Source: Candidatus Bathyarchaeota archaeon (lineage in GTDB: Archaea > Thermoproteota > Bathyarchaeia > TCS64). Taken from it: a DNA stretch of 64,000 nt. The stretch covers positions 64,001-128,000 of the forward strand of contig CAVYLP010000003.1 in the NCBI GenBank assembly GCA_963769425.1, read 5' to 3'. Shown in pieces: positions 31,626 to 43,136 of the stretch (within the stretch, counting starts at the first letter, position 1; the number at the start of each line of letters is the position of its first letter). Under the pieces are notes generated by a model that did no database searches, had not been told where the DNA came from, and saw only the letters and a program-made list of their open reading frames with translations. Both the position numbers and the translations under genes were made by a program.

Positions 31626-32420
31626 GTGAACGGCTCGGTAGAGAATGCAGGGCTGAAATTCTCTGTAGTTATGCCCATTCATAACGAAGAGCGTAATCTG
31701 CGTTTTAGCCTACCGAGCTTATTCGGTCTGGGACCCGATGAAGTCATATTTGTTATGGATAACTGCACAGATGGAAGCATGCAATTAATCGAACATTATG
31801 TAAAAGAGATCAATTTTAGCGGAAATATAAAATTCCTTAGAGTGCAGAGTATTCCGGAGGATTGGAATTATAGAGTAGCCTACCTATTCAGGTTGGGCTA
31901 TAGAGCATCTAGAAACGACGCTATACTGACAACAGCCGCTGACATCATCATAGATCAGGACGTCCGAAAATACATCGAGCAATTCGGAAAAAACAATGTG
32001 AAAATAGTCTCATTCGGACTCAAACCGTATCCCCTAGATCGTGTCTACTTCGCCAGAAAACTCGTCAGTATAATCCTACCCCGATCAACATTTAGCGGGG
32101 TTTTCTTATTTTCCAGAAGAGCTTGGCTTGAAAACGAGAAGGAAGAGGACGCCAAGAAGGTTTACAGAGCCCAAGACACATTGATGTTCCGATCGATTAG
32201 GATAAGATACCCGGCCCGCCACTATTGGACTAAATCACTCCACCTAAGATCGCGAACCAAGGAGTCAAACTACTACTACTCGAGGGGACAGGTCAGCTAC
32301 CAGGTTACAAAACGAAGCTCATTATTCGTTTTTCTCTCAAGCATAGTGTACCTACACCCGAAGATGTTCGTTGGATACAGACACGCTAAGCGAATGAAGA
32401 TTAAGCGAGTCAGCTTGTAA
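31626..32420 (+). CDS. Glycosyltransferase family 2
   Basis: SVVMPIHNEE, DNCTDGS; visibly more AT-rich than flanks. Confidence 0.8.
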   Translation: MNGSVENAGLKFSVVMPIHNEERNLRFSLPSLFGLGPDEVIFVMDNCTDGSMQLIEHYVKEINFSGNIKFLRVQSIPEDWNYRVAYLFRLGYRASRNDAILTTAADIIIDQDVRKYIEQFGKNNVKIVSFGLKPYPLDRVYFARKLVSIILPRSTFSGVFLFSRRAWLENEKEEDAKKVYRAQDTLMFRSIRIRYPARHYWTKSLHLRSRTKESNYYYSRGQVSYQVTKRSSLFVFLSSIVYLHPKMFVGYRHAKRMKIKRVSL

Positions 32421-32463
32421 ACCTCTCGGAATAAAAATACAAAAAAATCATTTTTAAAAATGA

Positions 32464-32542
32464 TGGCGCCCTGGCCGGGATTTGGACCCGGGATCTTTCG
32501 GGTGACAGCCGAACATACTAGGCCGGACTATACTACCAGGGC
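32464..32542 (-). tRNA. tRNA-Asp(GTC), CCA encoded
   Basis: Acceptor GCCCTGG/CCAGGGC, anticodon arm TTCGG-CTGTCAC-CCGAA, discriminator G. Confidence 0.95.
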
Positions 32543-32589
32543 ACGCGCCAAGCAAATGAAGGGGGTTTCTATATTAAACTTTACGGGGC

Positions 32590-32832
32590 TCACCTGTACT
32601 CCTTCGCGATGAGCATCGTCGCCGTGAGGAGGATGTCGGGGATCCCCCTCAGCTTATCCACAATTAATTTGTCGAGGTGATTCATGTCCTTCGCCTTCAC
32701 CTTGAGAATCAGGTCGAACTCCCCGTAGATGGCAGCCGCCTCCTCGACTTCGCTGAACTTGAGGACCTTCTCGCAGACGTCGTCCTCGGTTCCGGTTTTG
32801 ACGTTAATCATGATGTATGCTTTTACGGACAT
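32590..32832 (-). CDS. Lrp/AsnC ligand-binding (RAM) domain protein
   Basis: KAYIMIN..G.E, IYGEFDLILKV, LRGIPDI..T.T. Confidence 0.85.
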   Translation of the reverse strand: MSVKAYIMINVKTGTEDDVCEKVLKFSEVEEAAAIYGEFDLILKVKAKDMNHLDKLIVDKLRGIPDILLTATMLIAKEYR

Positions 32833-32879
32833 GCTACATCACCACTCCCCCGGGTAACGGGGCGGTTAAAACAGTTACC

Positions 32880-33359
32880 CTAAGAGGGGGAGACGACGCC
32901 AGCCATCACTCGACCCGTCTCCGTGAGCCTGACGGGGACACCCTTGTTGTCCCTGTCCCCTGCGGCTATGAGCCCAGCGTCCCGGAGCCCCTTCAGATTC
33001 CAGCGCACAGTCGACCGGGGTATGTCGAGCTCCTCCGAGACCCTGTCAATCAGGGTCGTGTAGAGGGTCTCTCCCTGGACTTCAGCCACTATCCGGAGCA
33101 TCATCCTCTGCTTCTCCGTGAGCCTCCGCGCCGAGGCAGCCTCTAGGGCGCCCTCCATGGCGTAGAGCTCGCGGTAATGCTCCTTGAGCGACTCCTCCAG
33201 GGAGTCAACGTTCTTCACCAATCGGTTATAGCCGATCCTGTCTGGGTTGGTTTTTCCGAATCTGGATAACTCCCTCTTCAACTCGTTGAGGGACTGTACA
33301 AGATTCTTAGATTCGGGAGTCGGGTAGAATCCAGCCTTAGCGCTGGAGGAAACGTTCAC
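32880..33359 (-). CDS. Winged-helix DNA-binding protein
   Basis: IPRSTVRWNLKGLRDAGLI...VRLTETG. Confidence 0.7.
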   Translation of the reverse strand: MNVSSSAKAGFYPTPESKNLVQSLNELKRELSRFGKTNPDRIGYNRLVKNVDSLEESLKEHYRELYAMEGALEAASARRLTEKQRMMLRIVAEVQGETLYTTLIDRVSEELDIPRSTVRWNLKGLRDAGLIAAGDRDNKGVPVRLTETGRVMAGVVSPS

Positions 33360-33400
33360 CGGACATTCTTTCTCCCGTCTCGGTATGCGTCGTCCTCGAT

Positions 33401-34415
33401 TTAAAAGGTTTTGTCGTTGATGTGGGCGATGACGGCTTTGGTGACGTCCTTCGTCTTTGCGGTTCCTCTGAGGTCGGGCGTCAACGCCTTCCCTTCCTTA
33501 AGCACCTCGACTATCGATGCCTCCAGCGCCTTCGCAGCCTGCTTCTCTCCTAACCAGTCGAGCATCATACCCGCGCTGAGCATCTGAGCGATGGGGTTCG
33601 CTATCCCCTTCCCAGCGATGTCGGGTGCGCTGCCGTGGACGGGCTCGAAGACGGCCATCTTGTCACCGATGTTCGCCGAGGGGGCCATACCCAAGCCGCC
33701 GACGACGCCCGCCGCGAGGTCACTCAGGATGTCCCCGAACAGGTTAGTCGTCACGACGACGTCGAACCTCTCCGGGTACATGACCATCTTCATAGCGCAG
33801 GCGTCGACTATCTCCTCGTTGTACTCGATGTCCTGGTAGCCCTTGGCGACCTTCCTGCAGCTGTCCTGGAAGACGCCGCAGGTCGTCTCCAGGACGTTTG
33901 ACTTGTGGACGCCGTGACCTTCTTGCGCCCTCCCTTCGGGCGAGCTCGAAGGCGTACTTGGCGATCCTCTCGGAGGCTTGGCGGGTTATCACCTTAAGGC
34001 GACGCCCCAGTCTGGTCCACCGTCCTGTATCCGCTTGTAGAGGTCACTCGGTGTTCTCGCGGACCATGACCATGTCCATCTGCCCCTTCACGTTGGGGAC
34101 GTTCGGGTAGACCTTGGCGGGGCGTATGTTCGCGTAGAGGTTGAGCCTCTGCCTCAGTGGGATGATGACCTCCTTCGCCGTCGCGCCCACCGCCGAGAAG
34201 AGGCAGACATCCGAAGCCTTCACGGCCTCGAAGGTCTCCTCCGTCATCGCGCAGCCAGTCTTCGCCTTGTAGGCGTCCCCCGCCATGTACTCCGTGAAGT
34301 CGAAACTGAACTTGCCGGACCTGTCCTGCATCTCGGTGAGCACGGAGACCGCGGCGGACATGACCTCGGGGCCGATACCGTCACCGGGTATTACAGCTAC
34401 CCTGTACTTCGCCAT
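33401..34415 (-). CDS. leuB: 3-isopropylmalate dehydrogenase family; four indels between ~33905 and 34045
   Basis: GDGIGPEV, LYANIRP, RENTE, VHKSN, NLFGDILSD, FEPVHGSAPDIAGK, split across frames. Confidence 0.85.
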
Positions 34416-34419
34416 GCCT

Positions 34420-34912
34420 TCACCACTCCTTCATATGCGTCTTTAAGGTATGGCACGAGGCCGCCCTCGTTTAGGAGCTGCACCATGAAGTCGGGTAGGG
34501 GTTTGATGTCCAGCTTCTCCTTCCCGTTGATCGTCACGGTGCCCGCGGTAGTGTCTATCTCCACCTCATCCCCGGTCTTCACCTTCGAGATGCCCGGGCA
34601 CTCGATCGCCGCGAGGCCGACGTTGAAGCTGTTCCTGTAGAAGATGCGTGCGAAGCTCTCGGCGACGACTGCTCCGACGCCTGAGTGCTTGAGGGCGAGT
34701 GGGGCGTGCTCACGGCTCGAGCCGAGGCCCATGTTCTTTCCCCCGACGACTATGTCCCCTTTCTGCACCTTCTTCGCGAACGTCGGGTCGATGCCCTCCA
34801 TCGCATGCTTCGCCAGCTCCTTGTTGTCGGTTAGCTCCAGATACTTCCCCGGGAGCATGAAGTCGGTGTTTATGTTGTCGCCGTAGTTCCAGGCCTTACC
34901 CTTTATCTTCAT
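34420..34912 (-). CDS. leuD: 3-isopropylmalate dehydratase small subunit
   Basis: GDNINTD, GSSREHA, FARIFYRN; ATG overlaps the leuC stop (TAATG). A probable +1 indel near 34443 restores LKTHMKEW*. Confidence 0.85.
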
Positions 34913-36172
34913 TACTTGACCTCCCTGGGGTCGCTGATGACGCCGGTTAGTCGCCGACGCGGCTGCCGTGGCGGGGCTGCAGAGGTAGACGAATCCCTCC
35001 GTGCTACCCTGGCGCCCCCTGAAGTTCCTGTTGCTCGTAGAGAGGCTCACTTCACCAGGGGCGATGACGCCGTTGTTACCGCCGAAGCAGGCCCCGCAGC
35101 TCGGGTTGCAGACGACGCCCCCCGCGTCCATCAGGGCCTTGATTATCCCCTTAGCGTTGGCGGCGTCGTAGACCTCGAAGCTGGAGGGGGTCACCATGAG
35201 GCGCACGTCCCTGCTGATCCTCTTCCCCTTGAGTATCTTCGCTGCCTCCTCTAGGTCTTCGAGGCGCCCGTTTGTGCAGGAGCCTATGAAGACTTGGTCG
35301 ATCTTTGTGCCCGCGACCTCGGTGACGCCTTTGACGTTGTCGACGGCGTGTGGGCACGCGACCTGCGGCTCAAGCGCGGAGGCGTCGATGTCGAGCCTTT
35401 TCGCGTAATCGGCATTGGGGTCGGATTTGATTATTTTATACTTGTTTCTGACGCGGTCCTTGAGGAATGCGTCTGTGACCCTGTCGGGTTCAACTATGCC
35501 GGTCTTTCCGCCCATCTCTATGGCCATGTTGCATATGGTCATCCTCCCCGCCATGCTCATGGAGCGGATGGTGTCACCACCATACTCTATCGCCATGTAG
35601 GTTGCACCGTCTGCCCCGATCTCCTTTGCAGACTTCAGGACCACGTCCTTGGGTGCTACCCACTTGGGGAGTGTCCCGTTCACCTCTACCCTTATAGTCT
35701 CAGGGACCTTGAACCAGAGCTTCCCCGTGGCGAGTGCGGCGCCCATATCGGTTGAGCCTACCCCGGTTGCGAATGCGCCGAAGGCACCGTGGGTGCAAGT
35801 GTGGCTATCCGCTCCGACCAGCACCATGCCCGGCCAGACGTGCCCCTTCTCGGGTAGAACCTGATGGCAAACTCCGGCGTTGATGTCGTAGAAGAAGGTG
35901 AAGCCCTCATCCTTCGCAATCTCTCTGCACTGCTTGTGGAGGGTCGCGTTCTGGACGTTCGTCGCTGGGGCTATGTGGTCGTTAAGGAAGACGACCTTGG
36001 TCTTGTCCCAGACCCGCTTGACGCCCATCTCCTTCATCGCATTGTAGGCGAGGACCGCTGTGAGGTCGGGTGCCATGGCGATGTCTATCTTCGCCTTCAC
36101 AATCTCCCCGGGCTCGACGCTCTTCAGTCCGGCGTGCTCGGCGAGTATCTTCTGGCTCACGGTGAGGCTCAT
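34912..36172 (-). CDS. leuC: 3-isopropylmalate dehydratase large subunit (archaeal LeuC/HacA type), +1 indel near 34951
   Basis: DH, GVCHQ, DSHTCT, GSCTNGR, CGAC, TSNRNF; corrected end TAAASALTGVISDPREVK*. Confidence 0.9.
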
Positions 36173-37713
36173 TGTTCTTCGGTCTCCAGCAGCCGGTTCA
36201 TGCCTTTTAGGATTGCCTCGACGCTCGCCATGACCGTGTCGCCGTTTACGCTGCTCGCTGTGACGTTGCGCCCGTTGCGACGCATGCTCACCGTAACATC
36301 CGCCACGGCGTTTGTGCCCCCGGTGATGGCCTTCATGTTGAATTTCTCGAGGCTCATGTCGCGGAAGCCCTTCTCAACATTCGTGAGGGCCTTGACGGCG
36401 GCATCTATAGGGCCGTTACCTATGGCTGCGCCAGCGTACTCCTTGCCGTCTACTATAAGGATGGCCGAGGCGGTCGGGGTGACTGTGTTACCGGTCACGA
36501 CAACCAACTCCTTGAGCTTGACCCGTTCCTCGCCCTTGATGTTCATGATATTCTTCGTAATGGCGTAGAGGTCGGTGTCCGTGACGCTCTTACCAGAGTC
36601 GCCAAGCGTCTTTACCGCTTCGGCGATCTGCTTCAGCTGGTCCTTGTTAGGGTGGAAGCCCATGTCCTCTAGCATGCTTCCTATTCCGTGGCGACCCGCG
36701 TGCTTTCCTGCCACGATGCGGCGCTTCTTCCCCACGAACTCGGGGCTGAGTATCTCGTAGTTACCACTGTGGGCTAGGAGGCCGTGAACGTGGATGCCCG
36801 ACTCGTGGGCGAAGGCGTTGTCGCCGACGATTGGTGTCGTCGGTGGCAGGTAGATGCCACTGTAGTGCTGGATCATCTCCGAGACCTCGGCTATCTTGCT
36901 GAAGTTGAGGCCCGTCTGTATCTTGTATTGTGCCTCCAAGCAGACGGCTACCTGCTCTAGACTCGCGTTACCGGCGCGCTCGCCTAGCCCATTGATGGTG
37001 ACGTGTGCCTGCTCGGCCCCCGCCTCGATGGCAGCGAGGGTGTTGGCAACAGCCTGCCCGAGGTCGTTGTGGGCATGGGCGCTCAGAGGCGTCTTCACGT
37101 GCTTCTTCAGCTCGCTGAAGAACTCGAAGGTCATGCGGGGGGTCATGACGCCGACGGTGTCGGGGATGTTAAGCATCTCCGCCCCGGCGTCCTCTGCGGC
37201 CTTGCAGACCTCTATCAGGTAGTCCATGTCGGTTCTGGTCGCGTCCTGTGGACTGTACTCGACACGGAGACCATGGTCGCGGGCGTACTCGATCCCCTCG
37301 ACGCTCTGCCTCAGGACCTCCTCCCGAGTCGTCTTCATCATCGTCTTGATGTGGAGGTCGCTGGTGCTGATGAAGATGTGAATGTAGGGGACGTCGCACC
37401 AGAGGGCCTTATCGATGTCCTCCTTCAGGGGCCGGGCGAGGGTGGTGATCATGCTGCTCAGGCCGAGCTTCACGATCTTCTTCGTCGCCTCGGCCTCGCC
37501 CTCGCTCGATATGGCGAAGCTCGCCTCAATCTTAGGCACGCCCAGCTCGTCGAGCTTGCGCGCTATCTCGATCTTCTCATCGTTCGTGTACGTCACACCG
37601 GGAGTCTGCTCACCATCCCTCATCGACGTGTCGAAGATGATTACCCGCTTTGGCGGGTTGATCTTGCTCCTCGCCTGGAACTGGCTCAGATAGAACTCGT
37701 TGTTTGGCATCAT
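36169..37713 (-). CDS. leuA: 2-isopropylmalate synthase (LeuA/CimA family) with regulatory domain
   Basis: DTSMRDGEQ, HAHND, NGLGERAGN, HESGIH, GNGPIDA; first gene of the leu operon. Confidence 0.8.
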   Translation of the reverse strand: MMPNNEFYLSQFQARSKINPPKRVIIFDTSMRDGEQTPGVTYTNDEKIEIARKLDELGVPKIEASFAISSEGEAEATKKIVKLGLSSMITTLARPLKEDIDKALWCDVPYIHIFISTSDLHIKTMMKTTREEVLRQSVEGIEYARDHGLRVEYSPQDATRTDMDYLIEVCKAAEDAGAEMLNIPDTVGVMTPRMTFEFFSELKKHVKTPLSAHAHNDLGQAVANTLAAIEAGAEQAHVTINGLGERAGNASLEQVAVCLEAQYKIQTGLNFSKIAEVSEMIQHYSGIYLPPTTPIVGDNAFAHESGIHVHGLLAHSGNYEILSPEFVGKKRRIVAGKHAGRHGIGSMLEDMGFHPNKDQLKQIAEAVKTLGDSGKSVTDTDLYAITKNIMNIKGEERVKLKELVVVTGNTVTPTASAILIVDGKEYAGAAIGNGPIDAAVKALTNVEKGFRDMSLEKFNMKAITGGTNAVADVTVSMRRNGRNVTASSVNGDTVMASVEAILKGMNRLLETEEQ

Positions 37714-37834
37714 TGCACCGGCTTTGTGTTTGTGGTATGAGCAGGCCCTTCGTTAATAAGCGAAATGAGCAACGCGTGTTGCACATCCCTCGACCGCTAC
37801 TGTTTTATCGCTCCTCAGACGGCGATTCCCTGAT

Positions 37835-38920
37835 TTGCAGTACCACGTCGTACTCACCGAGAGATGCAACCTGAGCTGCGGCTACTGCGGAGGCACGAGG
37901 CACGTCCAAGGGATACCCTTGGACGTGACATACGATGTGGGCGACCTCGTGAACTTCATCGGCCACGATCCAGAGGCGGTCATCGGCTTCTACGGCGGTG
38001 AGCCACTGCTTGCCCTCAACAATATGTACGATATTATGGACCGTGTCCCAGCCAAGGCCTTCACTCTCCAGACGAATGCCACCCATCTTGATGAGGTCGA
38101 CCCCGCATACCTCAACCGCCTCGACGCCGTCCTCGTCAGCATCGACGGCGGCAAGGAGATAACAGACGCCAACAGGCACGAGGGCGTGTACGACACCGTG
38201 ATCAGGAACTGCCGGTTGATCCGCCGAAATGGCTACGAGAACGACCTAGTAGCTAGAATGGCCTTCAGCCGGAGGGGTGATATCCACAGGGACGTGACCC
38301 ACCTTCTCAGCCTCAAAGACCCCGTCTTCGACCACGTCCACTGGCAGCTCGATGTCTTCTGGAGCGAGATAAGGGACGAGCACGAGGTGGAGGAGTGGCT
38401 TGGAAGATACGACGAGGGCATAACTAGGCTCGTGAGGGAATTTGGGGACTCCCTCGAACGCGGCGTGGTCCCAGGCGTTGTGCCGTTCATACCCATCCTC
38501 CGCACACTTTTAACTGGCGAACCCGTCCCGCACATCTGGTGTGGCTCGGGCAGGGACAGCTTCGCCATCATGACGGGGGGCAGAATCGATGTCTGTCCCA
38601 TCGCGCCCGAGCTCTCCTACTCCCCAGTCGGCGACATAAGAAACAGCACCCCCGAATCGCTTAGAGATATCCTCCCCGTCGGGGAGCCGTGCAGCCTCTG
38701 CCCGGATAAATGGGTCTGTGGAGGCCGATGCCTCTTCGCAAACAAGACGAACTTCTGGGGGAGAAAATGGTTCGACAGGGTCTGCACATCGACGCGCCAC
38801 ATGATCAGGGAACTCGAATCACTCGTCGAGCCGACTATGAATCTGATGCATGAGGGTGTGCTCGGGGCCGACGCCCTAGATTACCCTAAGATAAACAACG
38901 GGTGCGAGATAATCCCGTAG
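37835..38920 (+). CDS. Radical SAM/SPASM protein, AF0577/TIGR04084-like
   Basis: CNLSCGYC, FYGGEP, QTN, SIDG; C-terminal Cys cluster CG..CP..CxxC..CGGRC; EIIP terminus. Confidence 0.8.
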   Translation: MQYHVVLTERCNLSCGYCGGTRHVQGIPLDVTYDVGDLVNFIGHDPEAVIGFYGGEPLLALNNMYDIMDRVPAKAFTLQTNATHLDEVDPAYLNRLDAVLVSIDGGKEITDANRHEGVYDTVIRNCRLIRRNGYENDLVARMAFSRRGDIHRDVTHLLSLKDPVFDHVHWQLDVFWSEIRDEHEVEEWLGRYDEGITRLVREFGDSLERGVVPGVVPFIPILRTLLTGEPVPHIWCGSGRDSFAIMTGGRIDVCPIAPELSYSPVGDIRNSTPESLRDILPVGEPCSLCPDKWVCGGRCLFANKTNFWGRKWFDRVCTSTRHMIRELESLVEPTMNLMHEGVLGADALDYPKINNGCEIIP

Positions 38921-38925
38921 GGGAG

Positions 38926-40765
38926 TTATACCCCGCCCACGTTTGTCCCCTTGAACTGGCTCACGTAGAGGTTGTAGTAGAATCCCCTCTCCGAGAGCAA
39001 GTGAGTCGTGCGTCCCGCGCTCCACTATCTCACCGTCCCGAATCACGAGCACCTGATCAGCCTTCCTTATTGTGCTGAGCCTGTGGGCGATGACGAAGCT
39101 CGTCCTCCCCTCCATCAGCTTCAGCAGGGCCTCCTGTATCCTGATCTCCGTCCTCGTGTCGACGTTACTCGTCGCCTCGTCTAGGATGAGTATCTTCGGG
39201 TCCGCTATGATGGCCCTAGCGATGGCGAGTAGCTGACGCTGCCCCTGACTTAGGTTGCTACCCCTCTCCGTGAGCATCGTCTTGTAGCCCTCGGGGAGGC
39301 GCGTTATGAACTGGTCAGCATTAGCTAGCTTCGCAGCCGCTACGCAGTCCTCGTCCGTCGCCTCAAGATTACCGTAGCGGATGTTCTCCATCACGGTATC
39401 CGCGAAGAGGAAGTTATCCTGCAGCACGGTCCCGAGCTGCTTCCTCAGGCTCTCCCTCGTCACGTCCCTGACGTCGACGCCGTCGATCCTGATGGAGCCC
39501 GCCTGGATGTCGTAGAACCTGCTGAGAATGTTGACCATCGTTGTCTTCCCCGCCCCGGTTGGGCCCACTAGTGCCATCATCTGCCCCGGCTTCGCGTGGA
39601 AGCTCAGGTTCTTGATGATCGGCGTCTTGCCGTCGTAGCTGAAGTCGACATTCTCGAAGACGATGTCCCCCTTTATCTCCTCTAGGGGCTTCGCGTCGGG
39701 TTTGTCGTTTATCTCGGGCTTCTCGTCCATGGTCTCGAAGATGCGCTCAGCGCCCGCGAGGGCGGATTGGATCGTGTTGTAGAGGTTCGCAAGCTGCTGC
39801 AGGGGCTGTGAGAAGTTACGGGCATAGAAGATGAAGGTAGTGATGACACCTATGGTGACCATGCCCTGGACAGCCATCCAGCCGCCGAGCCCCGCGACCA
39901 CCGCGATGGCGACGCTGCCCATGATGTTCATTATCGGCATGATGACGAAGGCGTAGCTGTTCGCTCTTGTGGCAATCTTGCGCACGGACTCGTTGGTCTC
40001 GTCAAAGTCCTTCAGGACTCGGTCCTGCCTGCTGAAGGCCTGGACGACGCGCTCGCCGCTGATGGTCTCCTCCATAGTGCTGTTGAGCCTGCCGAGATCC
40101 CTCTGGAGGCCCCTGAAACCTGATAGGGTCTTACCGCCGATGAACACCGTCACGAATATCATGAGGGGGAACACGAGCAGACTACCTAGCGCCAGCCACG
40201 CGTTCAGGATGAACATGGCAATTAGTATCCCGATGATGGAGAGGAAGCTCGATATCAGCTGCGTTAGGCTCTGGCTTAGCGCCTGGTTTATTGCGTCGAT
40301 GTCATTCGTGAGCCTGCTCATCAACTCACCCTGGGTGCGCTTATCGAAGAAGCTGAGGCTGAGAGTCTGGAGGTGCTCGAAGAGCTCCTTCCTCAGCTGC
40401 TTAAGCACCTTCTGGGATATCCGCGCCATGAGGATTGCCTGTAGCGTGTTCGACGCATAGCCCACAGCGTATACGAAGCCCAAGATGATCACGACGCCAT
40501 AGAGTCCGGGGACGTTCCCCGTCCGTATGTACTGGTCCACGGCGACGCCTACAAAGTACGGACCTAGCAGCGACGCGACCGTACCAACTACCACGAATGT
40601 GCCTATCAACGCCAACTGGAGTTTGAATGCTAGAAGGTAGCGAGCTAGACGTGAGAGTGTCACGCCCGGGTTCTTGGCTCTAGCTACGCCCATGGCGAAG
40701 CCCGCGCCGGGACCCCTCCCCGGTGGACCTATTCCGGGCCTGTTAGCTTGTGGTTGATGGGTCAT
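38926..40765 (-). CDS. Heterodimeric ABC exporter half-transporter 2 (TM288-like), +1 indel near 39001
   Basis: TMD plus GPTGAGKT, LSQGQ, DEATS, IAHR; corrected end LLSERGFYYNLYVSQF. Confidence 0.9.
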
Positions 40766-42505
40766 AGCCTGATCCCTCCGCCGAGCTGGGAGTCGTATAT
40801 CTCCCTGTAGATCGGAGCTCGTCTTCATCAACTCGTTGTGCGTTCCCTCAGCGGCTATACGCCCCTTGTCCAGGACCACAATCTTGTCCGCTTTGAGAAC
40901 GGTGCTGATCCTCTGGGCGATTATGAAGCTCGTCCTGTTCTCCATGATCCTGTCTAGCTGCTCCTGTATCTTTGCCTCGGTCTCGACGTCGACGGAGCTG
41001 GTGCTGTCGTCGAGTATGAGTATCTTCGGTTGGACGAGTAGAGCCCTGGCTATGCTGACCCTCTGCTTCTGCCCACCTGAGAGGCCCGCGCCCCTCTCAC
41101 CGACGTCGGTGTCGTACCCGTTGGGGAAGCTCATGATGAACTCGTGGGCCTGCGCGGCCTTCGCGGCCGCGATGACATCCTCCTCGGAGGCGTCAGGTTT
41201 TCCGTATCGTATATTGTCGCGTATGGTGCCGCTGAAGAGTATGGCCTCCTGGAGAGCGACGCCTATGTTTGAGCGTAGTGACTCGAGGGTTACGTCCCTC
41301 ACGTCGACGCCATCGACGGTGAGTTTACCCTTGGTAACGTCATAGAAGCGTGGGATTAGGTCAATTATAGTGGATTTACCCGAGCCAGTGGCGCCGAGGA
41401 TCGCGATGGTCTGCCCCGGCTCAGCCACGAGACTAACGTTCTGGAGCACCGGCTCATTGAGGTTGCGAGAGTAGCTGAATGAAACGTCGTCGAAGACGAC
41501 CCTCCCCTTGACCTCTGGGAGCTGCTTCGCGTCGAGCTTTTCCTTGACCTCTATCTCGGAGTCTAGTATCTCGTAGATGCGCTGGGCTGAGGCGTTTGCA
41601 GCTGAGAGCTGGCTCGACATCATGGCGAAGAAGAGAAGGGGCATTATGGCCGTGAGGAGGTAATTGGCGAAGGCGACGACGTCGCCCACACTGAACCTCC
41701 CGCCGATGACCTCTAGCCCACCGAACCATACAACTCCAAGTAAACTGACGTTGATGATTATCTGCATCGTTGGGAAGAGGATGGCGAATATCATGAGTAC
41801 GTTCGCTGACTGCTTCGTGAGGTCCTCGTTCGCCTTCTCGAAGCGCTGCGCTTCGTGGTCCTGCCTGACGAATGCCTTCACGACCCTGACGCCAGCGAGG
41901 TTCTCCTGAAGCACAGTGTTGAGCTTGTCGAGCCTCTGCTGTACGCCGAGGAACATTGGCTGCGCCTTAAAGACGAAGGCGCCGGCGAGGAGCAGCGTGA
42001 ATGGGAGTAGGAGGAGGACGATCTTGGCGAGCTCCGCGTTGATGAGGAACATTATGGTGATGCTGCCGACGATCATTATCGGGGCCCTAATGAACATCCT
42101 GAGCCCCATCATAACCATCATCTGAATCGAGTTGACGTCACTGGTGAGCCTGACAATGAGTTGGCCGGTCTGGAACTTGTCGAGGTTGCCGAAGCTGAAC
42201 TTCTGGATCTTATGAAATGCCGCGCTCCTAACGTCAGCGGCGAAGCTCTGCGCGACTCTTACGGCAAGGAAAGTGTTCCCAATGGTTACAACTGCCTCAA
42301 ACAGCGCTACACCAATCATGAGAAGGGCAGTGGTTGCTATAATCGTTAGATCCTTAGGAACGATCCCGTAGTCAATTATGCGTTGAATAAGTGTGGGGAT
42401 CGTTAGATCCGCGGCCACCGATGCTAACAGTAGGCCAACAGCGAATGCGCTTGTGCGCGTGTAGGGCCTGACATATCCGAGTATCCTTAAAAGTGGGTTA
42501 GCCAA
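40762..42505 (-). CDS. Heterodimeric ABC exporter half-transporter 1 (TM287-like), +1 indel near 40816
   Basis: TMD plus GATGSGKS, LSGGQ, degenerate DDSTS and IAQR; corrected end SPIYREIYDSQLGGGIRL*. Confidence 0.9.
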
Positions 42506-42553
42506 CTTCGGGCCTCCGTTTGAATGTGTCCAATCTCGTTGAATCGATCTCTA

Positions 42554-43030
42554 TCACTGCTTCTTCATCTCGTTGAGTTTTGATAGTATCACTCGGACGC
42601 TCTCAAGTGAGGCGTAGAGCGTCTTCCGCTCCTCCTCGGAGAGGGTCGAGAGCTTCTTTCTCGCGGACTCCCTCGCCTCCTTCCACCTGTCCTCCATATA
42701 CATCTTACCCTGAGGCGTGAGTCCAACCTCGATTACTCTGCGGTCCTTCTGGTCCTGCTTCCTCTCTACCCAGCCTTCTGTTATGAGCCGGTCGATGATC
42801 GAGGTCATGTTCGGCTTGGAGATGCCGAGCCAGGCACCTATCTTTGACATAGGGAGAGGGCCGTGCCTCATCAGGATCCCCATGACCTTGAAATCCGAGC
42901 TGTTCGGGTTGTGGCCTTGGTTTTCGACCCTGAGTATTGTGCGGTGGAAGAGGGGGACGATGCTGTAGATGTCGTCCAGCATCTTATCCATCTTCTCCAC
43001 GGACGATCCTTCACCCATTTTTTCGTTCAC
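42554..43030 (-). CDS. MarR-family regulator
   Basis: ISKPNMTSIIDRL..GWVER..DRR...LT; heads the ABC exporter operon. Confidence 0.9.
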   Translation of the reverse strand: MNEKMGEGSSVEKMDKMLDDIYSIVPLFHRTILRVENQGHNPNSSDFKVMGILMRHGPLPMSKIGAWLGISKPNMTSIIDRLITEGWVERKQDQKDRRVIEVGLTPQGKMYMEDRWKEARESARKKLSTLSEEERKTLYASLESVRVILSKLNEMKKQ

Positions 43031-43136
43031 CGAATTAACAGTTATGTTATAGAACTATTATATAAACGTACCTTTCTACGGATACGGTGGCATTTAAAGC
43101 TGGAGGATACGATCCAGTGCAACAAGGTGCAAGCGT

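Noticed and set aside
33900-34046. Stop-codon recoding (Sec/Pyl) or programmed frameshifting in leuB and other split genes
   Set aside because: Homology continues in a different frame rather than through the stop, and the sites share no slippery motif.
34397-36172. Apparent LeuC-LeuD fusion (591 aa)
   Set aside because: Removing one base near 34951 restores the normal LeuC end and a TAATG stop/start overlap with leuD.
38876-42505. Apparent full-length 1209-aa ABCB-like transporter
   Set aside because: One extra base near 40816 joins two half-transporters that have a normal ATGA overlap at 40762-40765.
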